Shown: in pieces, positions 46,461 to 54,339 of the stretch | Numbering within the stretch: position 1 is the stretch's first letter | Layout: each line of letters begins with the position of its first letter | From: Bdellovibrio sp. | GTDB lineage: Bacteria; Bdellovibrionota; Bdellovibrionia; Bdellovibrionales; Bdellovibrionaceae | DNA: 62,293 nucleotides | Assembly: GCA_043759945.1 (NCBI GenBank) | Contig: JAYUPS010000333.1 | Span: 1-62,293 of the forward strand | Reading direction: 5' to 3' | Position numbers and translations under genes: made by a program | Notes under the pieces: model-generated | What the model was told of the DNA's origin: nothing | What the model saw: only the letters and a program-made list of their open reading frames with translations | The model's database searches: none

Positions 46461-46990
46461 CCAGTTGGCGGCCCCTGGTCTAGACAAAACTTCGTCGGTT
46501 CTAAAATAAATACATCATCGCCCTGGGCTTTGGGATCAATCCAAAGGATGTCCTCTTCATTGACGTCTTCTCCGCAGCCGCCGTACATTACGAATCCGTT
46601 ATTTTTAAAGGTGATGCCATTCTCGGTGAAAGCATTTTCCCAACTGATGTCGGCAGATCCTCCGTCGCACTCTATAAAGCAATGCAGTGAGGTCGAATTT
46701 TGATTGCACATCATACTGGTTTTGTAGACTTTGAATCCCCCCTTAGGGCCCCGAACGGTGCCTATGATATCTAGGGTGAGCATACCCGCGTTCCTGGTAT
46801 CTGCTTTGAATTTCAGGTCCAAGGCCTGTACGGTTTGGTTGGGGCGCGCATTCATGTGACTGCGGTCGTAAGATTTCGAAAAACAAACTGGTTCGTCGCC
46901 TTGAATTTTTTGAAAAGGGTTCGCCATGGCTATTGCCGCGAAAAGACTTAAGTTCAAAAGACTCAGCCAAAATCCCCATTTAGTTCCCAC
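46457..46990 (-). CDS. hypothetical secreted Cys-rich protein
   Basis: GTG at 46990 lies 6 nt after GGAG. The signal peptide is WGFWLSLLNLSLFAAIAMA. There are 6 Cys residues in the mature part. Confidence 0.55.
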   Translation of the reverse strand: MGTKWGFWLSLLNLSLFAAIAMANPFQKIQGDEPVCFSKSYDRSHMNARPNQTVQALDLKFKADTRNAGMLTLDIIGTVRGPKGGFKVYKTSMMCNQNSTSLHCFIECDGGSADISWENAFTENGITFKNNGFVMYGGCGEDVNEEDILWIDPKAQGDDVFILEPTKFCLDQGPPTG

Positions 46991-47128
46991 GATGTACTCC
47001 TTAGTGAAAGTATCCCGGACTTCAATGTGAGGCGTCGGTGTTGCCTTGAATTGCCGAAAAAGATTGCGATTACGCCAAGTCCCAAGAATTCGGTCCAAGG
47101 TCTGGGGCAGAGAGTTTAATTAGAATTA

Positions 47129-47563
47129 CAAACTGGCCCCTTTGCGTGGTGTTAGTTTTAACCAAGCTGTTTCTCACAGATATTTTCCTAAACTTAAATT
47201 CAAGGTCGGTCGAACCGGGAGGGTTCGACCGAAACAGGATCAAAAGGACGGCGTCCTTTTTGGCCCGGACGGCCCCTTATTTAGATCGAAGTCGTTCATT
47301 GTGAATCCAAGCATAGATCATCAAAAGTGCTTTGGGAAAAGTGTTTGTCGCACCGCTCACACCAGAATCTCTGAACAGCTTGCCCGTCAGAAACCCTGCG
47401 GTACTTGCCGTCTTTACGGATTGGCCGAGATCCGCTCAGAGCATTGCGTAAGCTTCCACAACTAGGGCATTGGATGGTCATGCTTTGGTAGAATCGCAAA
47501 GACTCAGCCAGGACTTCAAACACTAAAAGCTATGCTAAAACACCACGCAAAGGGGCCAGTTCT
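47129..47563 (-). mobile_element. miniature IS1/IS1595-like element (terminal inverted repeats + target-site duplication, zinc-ribbon ORF only)
   Basis: The 23-bp perfect IR AACTGGCCCCTTTGCGTGGTGTT at 47131-47153 has its reverse complement at 47539-47561. A 9-bp direct repeat TTAGAATTA lies at 47120-47128 and 47564-47572. The interior encodes a transposase-type zinc ribbon but no catalytic domain. Confidence 0.7.
47296..47523 (-). CDS. transposase N-terminal zinc-ribbon protein (InsA / IS1595 Zn-ribbon-like), truncated
   Basis: The pattern MTIQCPSCGS...(24 aa)...QRFWCERCDKHFSQST resembles IS1 InsA (CPSC...QRYLCSHCRKTW). There is no HTH or DDE region. An alternative start is at 47481. Confidence 0.55.
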   Translation of the reverse strand: MFEVLAESLRFYQSMTIQCPSCGSLRNALSGSRPIRKDGKYRRVSDGQAVQRFWCERCDKHFSQSTFDDLCLDSQ

Positions 47564-47659
47564 TTAGAATTAACTCTTTCTGCTCTGCGCGCAGGTTGCC
47601 AGCAGCACTGATTATCAATAATCCAAGTGTTACAGACAAAACCAACCCAAGGAGATACT

Positions 47660-47908
47660 ATGAAATCCATCGTTACTGCTCTTGTTAGCATCCTGATGAT
47701 CGCAACTGCCAACGCTTCAGATGTTGAAAGCACAACTTCTGCAACGACCGACACGACCACTGAAAAAACAGTGAAAAAAACGGACATGATGGCCAAAGAA
47801 CTTTACAACGAGACTAAGCCCAATACCAAAGAAACTGCTAAGAAGAAGAAGAAGACCGGAAAAACTAAAGCTGAGACCGAGACAGAAACTACAAAAACAA
47901 CCTATTAA
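47660..47908 (+). CDS. small secreted Thr/Lys-rich protein
   Basis: ATG at 47660 lies 7 nt after AAGGAG. The signal peptide is MKSIVTALVSILMIATANA. A terminator lies downstream. Confidence 0.65.
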   Translation: MKSIVTALVSILMIATANASDVESTTSATTDTTTEKTVKKTDMMAKELYNETKPNTKETAKKKKKTGKTKAETETETTKTTY

Positions 47909-47930
47909 TTTTTGATAAGTTATAAAAAAT

Positions 47931-47962
47931 AAAAAAGGCTGCTCGCAAGGCAGCCTTTTTTA
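47931..47962. terminator. rho-independent terminator between convergent genes
   Basis: AAAAAAGGCTGC-tcgcaag-GCAGCCTTTTTTATTTT has A-tract and T-tract flanks, so it could work in both directions. Confidence 0.8.
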
Positions 47963-47986
47963 TTTTGTTATGAATACCGCCTAAGA

Positions 47987-48625
47987 TTAACGGTTTGGCT
48001 GCGGGGTTATTCGCAAATAGGGTTTAATAACTTTGTACCCTTTCGGGAACAACCGTTTCATTTCAGCCTCATCCTGCAAAGAGGGAACGATGATAACGTC
48101 TTGCCCATCTTTCCAATTCACCGGCGTCGCGACCTTGTATTTGTCAGTTAATTGCAAAGAGTCAATAACGCGTAAAAGTTCGGTAAAATTTCGGCCCGTG
48201 CTCGCAGGGTAAGTCAGAATCAAACGAATCTTTTTATTGGGATCAATAACAAAGACGGAGCGTACGGTGAAAGTGTCGTTCGCGTTCGGGTGAATCATAT
48301 CAAATAAAGTTGAAACTTTTTTATCTGGATCGGCCAGCAAGGGGAAATTCAGCGCGCAGCCTTGGGTTTCCTGAATATCACCTACCCATTTTACATGATC
48401 TGCCAAGGGGTCCACACTCAAACCCAAAACTTTCACGTTTCGTTGATCAAATTGCGGCTTTAACTTGGAAGCTTCTCCTAATTCCGTCGTGCAAACCGGA
48501 GTAAAGTCACGCGGGTGCGAGAATAATACCCCCCAGCTATTCCCCAACCACTTGTGAAACGAAATGGGACCTTCGGTCGATTCTTGTGTAAAATCCGGGG
48601 CGGTGTCGCCCAATCTAAGAGTCAT
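47987..48625 (-). CDS. 1-Cys peroxiredoxin (Prx6 type)
   Basis: Motifs are MTLRLGDTAPDF and SHPRDFTPVCTTELG. Confidence 0.9.
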   Translation of the reverse strand: MTLRLGDTAPDFTQESTEGPISFHKWLGNSWGVLFSHPRDFTPVCTTELGEASKLKPQFDQRNVKVLGLSVDPLADHVKWVGDIQETQGCALNFPLLADPDKKVSTLFDMIHPNANDTFTVRSVFVIDPNKKIRLILTYPASTGRNFTELLRVIDSLQLTDKYKVATPVNWKDGQDVIIVPSLQDEAEMKRLFPKGYKVIKPYLRITPQPNR

Positions 48626-48655
48626 AGAAACCTCCTTATAAGGTAAACTTTTTGT

Positions 48656-49357
48656 TTAGGAACGCCGACTATAAACGCCGACGGTGGCTCTTACAAATTT
48701 AAAAAATGGCATGGCGACCCGCAATTCATTTCCGATTTGCTGGGCCAACTTTGGACTCTTCAGTTCCTGCTTTGTGAAATGTCGAGCAATAAAGAATTGT
48801 TTATTCATCAACAACTTTGAATAGGGCTGATCGATCGGAAAACCTTTGGGGTAGCGGACAAATTTTTCCCCTTCAAAACCTCGCCAAATTTGTTTAAACT
48901 TTCGCTCCGTTAAAATTTCGTTAAGCTCCAGGTATTCTTCGGCGATTTTGGTTCGCATCAAACTCATTTGTCGCGAGCTGACCATGTACAGACCAACGCC
49001 CAAAACATTGTCTTCGGGATCGTTCCCGATTTGAAAATAAATAGTCGGATTCCATTCAAAAAGTGAGGTTCGTTTTTCCCAAAGGGTGAAATGCGAAGTC
49101 GTTTTGACAAGACCCTGGTCGGATTTATTTTTAGAATTCAAGGGTCGTGTTAACACTTTCGAGTCGATCCGGATTCGGGGCAAATCTTCCTGCAATTCGC
49201 GACGAATCTTTTCTAAAATTTGTACCATCGGCCCCTTTACTTCGGCTTCGTACAGTTCCCTATTTTTTTCAAACCACGTGCGTTTATTGCGATTGGCTTT
49301 GGCGTTTTTGAAATAATTAAAGGTTTTAGCATTGAAATGAGCTCGAGTTTTCATCAT
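48656..49357 (-). CDS. DUF2461 (TIGR02453) family protein
   Basis: The N-terminal pattern FNYFKNAKANRNKRTWFEKNRELYEAEVKGPM supports the call. Confidence 0.7.
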   Translation of the reverse strand: MMKTRAHFNAKTFNYFKNAKANRNKRTWFEKNRELYEAEVKGPMVQILEKIRRELQEDLPRIRIDSKVLTRPLNSKNKSDQGLVKTTSHFTLWEKRTSLFEWNPTIYFQIGNDPEDNVLGVGLYMVSSRQMSLMRTKIAEEYLELNEILTERKFKQIWRGFEGEKFVRYPKGFPIDQPYSKLLMNKQFFIARHFTKQELKSPKLAQQIGNELRVAMPFFKFVRATVGVYSRRS

Positions 49358-49428
49358 TACCGAAGCTAGGACAGAAAGGAGTCGACTTCAAGACCCGCTC
49401 TCGGTACTAAGAACACTCTCTTTTTTGA

Positions 49429-50697
49429 ATGGAAACCATGACTCAATTTGCTGATTTGAACCTGAATCCGATCATCCAGAACTCCCTCAAACTGGCCGGA
49501 TACGACACCCCGACGCCGATTCAACAACAAGCCATCCCCGTAATTTTACAGGGTCATGATTTGCTAGGGATCGCTCAAACCGGAACCGGAAAAACTGCGG
49601 CGTTTTGTTTGCCGATTTTAGATTTATTGCATCAACGTCAGATCCGCCGCGAACCGCGATGCCCCCGGGTGCTGGTTTTAACTCCGACCCGCGAGCTGGC
49701 TATTCAAATTCATCAAAGTCTTTTGACCTACGGCAATGGTTTGAAACAAAAATACTCAGTCATTTACGGCGGCGTTGGCCAGGGAACTCAAGTTCGGGAT
49801 CTTTCCCAAGGAACCGATGTTTTGGTTGCCACTCCGGGACGACTTTTAGATTTGATCGAACAAAGACATTTAAAATTAGATCGGGTTGAAATTTTTGTTT
49901 TGGACGAAGCCGATCGCATGCTTGACATGGGTTTCATGCGCGATATTAAACGCATACTGCCGCTCCTGCCTGCGAAACGTCATAATTTGTTTTTTTCAGC
50001 AACGATGCCGCCGGAAATTCAAACTTTGGCGCACACCATTTTAAAGCATCCTCAAAAAGTCGAAGTCACTCCGCCGGCGACCACGGTCGAGCGAATTCAC
50101 CAGATGGTTATGTTCGTCGAGAAAAAAGACAAGATGGATTTGTTAGTTCATTTGTTGAAACACAAAAGCCAAAAGAAAACTTTGGTCTTTGTCGAGATGA
50201 AACACGTCGCCAACAAAGTCAGCGAAAAACTTTTGAAGAATGGAATTTCTTCGGCCGCGATTCACGGAAATAAATCACAGGGAGCCCGTCAACGAGCCAT
50301 TCAAGACTTCACAAACGATCGCGTGAAGGTTTTAGTTGCGACCGACATAGCCTCCCGTGGAATTGATATCGATGGAATCACCCACGTTATAAACTACGAA
50401 CTTTCAAATATTCCTGAGAGCTACGTTCACCGGATCGGACGAACGGCTCGTGCCGGAGCCGATGGTTCTGCCATCTCTCTGGTGACGGGCGAAGAAAAAT
50501 CTTATTTAGCCAGCATCGAACGCACCACAAAACAAGTGATCGAGGTCGTTACCGATCAGCCCTATCATTCGGAAACTGCGGCCCGGGCGAGCATCATGAG
50601 CGTCGGCAAAGCCAAAGCCCAAATCGAGGGTCGCAGACCCGGTAGTGGCGGCGGTGGTAATCGTCGCGGTGGTCCCCCGCGACGACGTCGTTCTTAA
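49429..50697 (+). CDS. rhlE: DEAD-box ATP-dependent RNA helicase with Arg/Gly-rich tail
   Basis: Motifs are the Q-motif region PTPIQQQAIP, AQTGTGKT, DEAD, SAT and HRIGRTARAG. The C-terminus is GSGGGGNRRGGPPRRRRS. Confidence 0.85.
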   Translation: METMTQFADLNLNPIIQNSLKLAGYDTPTPIQQQAIPVILQGHDLLGIAQTGTGKTAAFCLPILDLLHQRQIRREPRCPRVLVLTPTRELAIQIHQSLLTYGNGLKQKYSVIYGGVGQGTQVRDLSQGTDVLVATPGRLLDLIEQRHLKLDRVEIFVLDEADRMLDMGFMRDIKRILPLLPAKRHNLFFSATMPPEIQTLAHTILKHPQKVEVTPPATTVERIHQMVMFVEKKDKMDLLVHLLKHKSQKKTLVFVEMKHVANKVSEKLLKNGISSAAIHGNKSQGARQRAIQDFTNDRVKVLVATDIASRGIDIDGITHVINYELSNIPESYVHRIGRTARAGADGSAISLVTGEEKSYLASIERTTKQVIEVVTDQPYHSETAARASIMSVGKAKAQIEGRRPGSGGGGNRRGGPPRRRRS

Positions 50698-50704
50698 ACA
50701 AGCC

Positions 50705-51202
50705 CTAGCGAATCGCCTTCAATGCGGCTTCGTAATTGGGCTCTTGAGTAATGTCCGGCACAAGTTCGGTGTAAACGACTTTGTTGTCGGGGGACAAAAT
50801 CACAACCGCTCGGGCCATCAAGCCCATAAATGCACTGTCCGCGAGCTGCAGTCCCCACTCTTTTCCAAGAGGGCTTCTGAACGCGGAAACCGTCTCGCAA
50901 TTTTTAATTCCTTCGGCACCACAAAAACGCGCGAGCGCAAACGGAAGATCATAGGAAACATTAATGACCGTCGTATTTTTTAGCCCGCTGGCTTCTTTGT
51001 TAAATCGGCGAACCGAAGCGGCGCAAACGCCGGTATCGATGCTCGGGAAAATATTCATAACTTTGAATTTTCCAGCAAATTGATCCGTTGAAATTTCGGT
51101 CAGATCCGTTTTTACAAGTTTTGAGAAATTCACGGTCTGTCCAACTTTGGGAAGATCGCCAACCGTATTTACCGGGGTTCCTTGGAATGCCAATTTTGCC
51201 AT
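50705..51202 (-). CDS. tpx: thiol peroxidase (atypical 2-Cys peroxiredoxin)
   Basis: Near-colinear with my recollection of E. coli Tpx. Motifs are NIFPSIDTGVCAASVRRFN and LPFALARFCGAEG. Confidence 0.9.
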   Translation of the reverse strand: MAKLAFQGTPVNTVGDLPKVGQTVNFSKLVKTDLTEISTDQFAGKFKVMNIFPSIDTGVCAASVRRFNKEASGLKNTTVINVSYDLPFALARFCGAEGIKNCETVSAFRSPLGKEWGLQLADSAFMGLMARAVVILSPDNKVVYTELVPDITQEPNYEAALKAIR

Positions 51203-51232
51203 CTGTATGCTCCTTGATTGAATCTCAAGTTG

Positions 51233-53410
51233 TCATGAGATGGGGTCCGCTGTCATCTGATCCTTTGCCGGGGGCTCAATGCGTCTTCCGTTAATCATCA
51301 GAAGCAGCTGGGCTGCGGCCCGAGCATCGCACATCGCACGGTGATGTTGCTCCAGTTTAATATCAAAGTGACTCGTCAGATTTTTCAGGCTGTAAGAGGA
51401 AATTCCCGGAAAGTTTTTACGCATTCCGGCCACCGTGCACATCTGCGGACGAACATAATTTGAATCTAGTCTTTGGAATTCGCGCTGAATAAATCCGTAA
51501 TCAAACCTCACGTTGTGCGCGACAAAAATAGCGCCTTTGGTGAATTCCTGAAAACGATCTGCCACTTCGGCAAAAACCGGTGCGTTTTTTACCATTTCGT
51601 CATTGATTCCCGTGATCATCGTGATGTTGCGGGGAATCGGTCTTCCGGGATTTAGCAAAGTTTGAAACTCGTCGATAATTTCGCCGTTTTGGACTTTGAC
51701 CGCGCCGATTTCGGTACAACGGTGAAAACCTGAAGATCCCCCGGTGGTTTCTACGTCGACCACCACGTAAACTTGATTCGGATCCGTTTGCCAGCGCACT
51801 TTTAGTATTTCAACTTCAAAACCCGCTTCGGTCAGTAGTCGCACTTTAGAAAGTTGTTTGGTGCGAAGACTGTCGCCTTCGGCTTTTACTTCGACAAAGG
51901 ACGGAATGCCCTGTTTCACAACCATCAGATCCGGGTAGCCGCTGTGGTAAGAACTAAATTTTTGAGCCATCGTCCGAAAGATCAATGCCAAGTTTTTTCC
52001 CTGCGAATTTCTTAAAAACTCGAGCACCGTCGTTAAAAGATTGGGATGCCACTGAAAAATATCGTTCAGTTTTCCGTAATGCTGGGTCACGGTTTTCAAA
52101 ATGTATTTTTCGGTATTTTTTAGGTCCGAGAGAAGCAAAAGCTTTTTCTCCACGTCTAATTTGTGATTATCGTAGAATTCAGGACCCACAAGATCACTGG
52201 GGGATCGTTCAAAGGGATTAAAAATTGCCGTCCCTTCGTTTTCGAAGAGTTCGTCCCAAAACAAAAGACCAAAAAGTCCCACCCACAAATAATTTTCGGT
52301 AAAATGAGCAGCAAAGCCTTGTTTCCGAAAGAAATCGCGAACGCCACGCTCTGGTTTCCTAAGGTAAAAATCACTCAAAGTCAGCTCTTTGGCATTCTGA
52401 AGAATCTCGGTTAGATAACCGACTTTTTTCTTGTCAAATTTGCGCGCTAAAAAATCTTCGGCAAACAACAGTTCTTCATCGCCGGCTGGTTCTTGAATTA
52501 TCGCATTCAAAAGTGCGCGGCATTCTTCTTTGCGGCTGAGTTTGTAAAGAAGTCGCGCTTGGCGCTCTTTTGCCGGTGGAGTCCGGCATTCTGCCAAAGC
52601 TTGCAGAGCAATTTCGGGATCTCTGATCTCGGATTGACTTGCGATGTCCAATAAAAGTTGATCCTTCAACGCCAACGCTGTTGGCTTCAAATCCTTTTGA
52701 ATCTTACAAAAGTTCAGAAGCTCACGGACTTGTTCGGAGTCTTTTAGCTCCTGAAAAGTTTCAACTTTGTGGGATAATTGATACTCGGTGTAAGCTTCTT
52801 CCAAAACTGAAAAGCGAGGCTTAAAATTAGTTTTCAAAGTGCTCGTTTTGCGAATGCCCAAATCCCGTAGGGTGTACAAGCCTAATGATTTCTGAATTCG
52901 TCCAAAATACAGAAAAAACAGGTAGTCGAGATCCGCACCCTTTTTTTGAACAACGATATCCTCCGCATTCGGCAAATGGGGCAGCAACAAAGACTCTAGA
53001 TTTGTTCTGGCAAAATCGATAATTTCTTCTCGGGATGCCGAGGACTTGACCTCGAACCCTGATTTCAGGAGCCAGGTTCGTAAATTTGATTTGGTCAGAA
53101 AATCCGGAAGCTGGGATTTGTCCTGTTCGGCGGGAACCGCGACGAAACTTTTGCTCTGCAGTTCCGCGATGCATTGGATCGGGTCTGCAATTTCCGAATA
53201 CTTCTTAAAAGACTTCAGACTAAAGATTTCGCCTTTGCGGTTGATCATGCGTACGAATATGCACTGTGCGTCTTCCGACAATTCCCGGAACTCCAACAAG
53301 AATTCCTTGTGTGCTTCCTGGAGAACAGGTTGATAATGTTCCTCAAGCACTTCGATCAGTTCAAAAAAGTGATCCAAATAGTATTTGGCGGACAAAATCG
53401 GAAGTGCCAT
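51233..53410 (-). CDS. FAN1-like VRR-NUC nuclease fused to a C-terminal DnaQ/epsilon-type 3'-5' exonuclease
   Basis: 725 aa. The N-terminus YYLDHFFELIEVLEEHY...FVRMINRKGEIF is FAN1-like. The SAP-like segment is LTKSNLRTWLLKSGF. The VRR-NUC core is GYPDLMVV...SFVEVKAEGDSLRTKQ. The DEDDh exonuclease motifs are VVVDVETTGG, FVAHNVRFDYGF and HHRAMCDARA. Confidence 0.75.
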   Translation of the reverse strand: MALPILSAKYYLDHFFELIEVLEEHYQPVLQEAHKEFLLEFRELSEDAQCIFVRMINRKGEIFSLKSFKKYSEIADPIQCIAELQSKSFVAVPAEQDKSQLPDFLTKSNLRTWLLKSGFEVKSSASREEIIDFARTNLESLLLPHLPNAEDIVVQKKGADLDYLFFLYFGRIQKSLGLYTLRDLGIRKTSTLKTNFKPRFSVLEEAYTEYQLSHKVETFQELKDSEQVRELLNFCKIQKDLKPTALALKDQLLLDIASQSEIRDPEIALQALAECRTPPAKERQARLLYKLSRKEECRALLNAIIQEPAGDEELLFAEDFLARKFDKKKVGYLTEILQNAKELTLSDFYLRKPERGVRDFFRKQGFAAHFTENYLWVGLFGLLFWDELFENEGTAIFNPFERSPSDLVGPEFYDNHKLDVEKKLLLLSDLKNTEKYILKTVTQHYGKLNDIFQWHPNLLTTVLEFLRNSQGKNLALIFRTMAQKFSSYHSGYPDLMVVKQGIPSFVEVKAEGDSLRTKQLSKVRLLTEAGFEVEILKVRWQTDPNQVYVVVDVETTGGSSGFHRCTEIGAVKVQNGEIIDEFQTLLNPGRPIPRNITMITGINDEMVKNAPVFAEVADRFQEFTKGAIFVAHNVRFDYGFIQREFQRLDSNYVRPQMCTVAGMRKNFPGISSYSLKNLTSHFDIKLEQHHRAMCDARAAAQLLLMINGRRIEPPAKDQMTADPIS

Positions 53411-53414
53411 TGAT

Positions 53415-53431
53415 TTACATATTATTTACAT
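53415..53431 (-). promoter_or_regulatory. direct-repeat box TTACAT-ATTAT-TTACAT, 4 nt from the FAN1-DnaQ start codon
   Basis: The plus strand reads TTACATATTATTTACAT. It is 16/17 identical to 38962-38978. It lies in the 36-bp divergent gap between 53410 (-) and 53447 (+). Confidence 0.5.
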
Positions 53432-53446
53432 AGAGGATGCGAAGCA

Positions 53447-54022
53447 ATGAACAAAAATCGACTCGAGGCATTTAGTGATGGTGTTATGGCAATTATCATC
53501 ACCATCATGGTTTTAGAATTAAAGGTTCCTCACGGCGCAAGTTTTGAAAATCTAGTTCCCCTGGCTCCAATATTTTTAAGTTACATTTTGAGTTTCATCT
53601 ACGTCGGAATTTATTGGAACAATCACCACCATCTGTTTCAAATCGTAAAAGTCGTTAACGGTCCGATTTTGTGGGCAAATATGCATTTGTTATTTTGGCT
53701 TTCGATTACACCTTTTGTTACTGCCTGGTCCGGCGAAAATAACTTTCAGGAACTGCCCGTTGCACTTTATGGCGTCGCGCTCTTTATGTGCGGTGTGGCC
53801 TATTACATTTTGGCGCAGGTTTTAACTAAACATCATGGAAAAGATTCTGACTTAGCAAAAGCAATTGGCGACGATTTCAAAGGGCGACTTTCCTTGTTAA
53901 TTTATTCGATGGGTATCGGGCTGGCCTTTGTTAATCCCTACATTTCGCTGACGCTCTACATTGCCGTGGCGATTATCTGGCTCGTGCCAGACCGTCGAGT
54001 TGAAAAAGTCATCGAAGCTTAG
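53447..54022 (+). CDS. TMEM175 (DUF1211) family potassium channel
   Basis: RLEAFSDGVMAIIITIMVLEL is the signature first helix. There are 6 TM helices. Confidence 0.8.
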   Translation: MNKNRLEAFSDGVMAIIITIMVLELKVPHGASFENLVPLAPIFLSYILSFIYVGIYWNNHHHLFQIVKVVNGPILWANMHLLFWLSITPFVTAWSGENNFQELPVALYGVALFMCGVAYYILAQVLTKHHGKDSDLAKAIGDDFKGRLSLLIYSMGIGLAFVNPYISLTLYIAVAIIWLVPDRRVEKVIEA

Positions 54023-54034
54023 GGCTGAAAGCCA

Positions 54035-54226
54035 CTAATTCGTTGTTAAAGATTTTCCGCAATCATTGCAGAATTTATTGCGATCTTTCCGACGCTTAGC
54101 ATGGGATTCGGGGGAGCAAGATTTACTTGAGATATCACGCCCCACAACCTCTCCACAATCGGAGCAAAAACGGACGGGAACATTCATACGAGAGTGATTA
54201 TTATTTGAACAACGAGGTGCAGCCAT
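54035..54226 (-). CDS. small zinc-ribbon protein
   Basis: 63 aa with two CxxC pairs, CSDCG and CNDCG. The start may be the internal MNVPVRF. Confidence 0.45.
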   Translation of the reverse strand: MAAPRCSNNNHSRMNVPVRFCSDCGEVVGRDISSKSCSPESHAKRRKDRNKFCNDCGKSLTTN

Positions 54227-54339
54227 CTAAAGATCGTATCGGAGATACATGGCTTAAGATAGTTTAATAAAATTAGCTGCGATAATAAGTCCTTAACAGT
54301 CTGATATCCTTAGGTATAAAAGATGTCTAGGAGACCACC

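Noticed and set aside
47205-47262. Hairpins GGTCGAACC-ggga-GGTTCGACC and AAAAGGAC-ggc-GTCCTTTT, considered as a tRNA fragment (GGTTCGA resembles a T-loop) or an att site
   Set aside because: No acceptor, anticodon or D-arm can be built around it. The hairpins lie inside the miniature IS-like element and are better explained as its internal structure and the terminator of the zinc-ribbon ORF.
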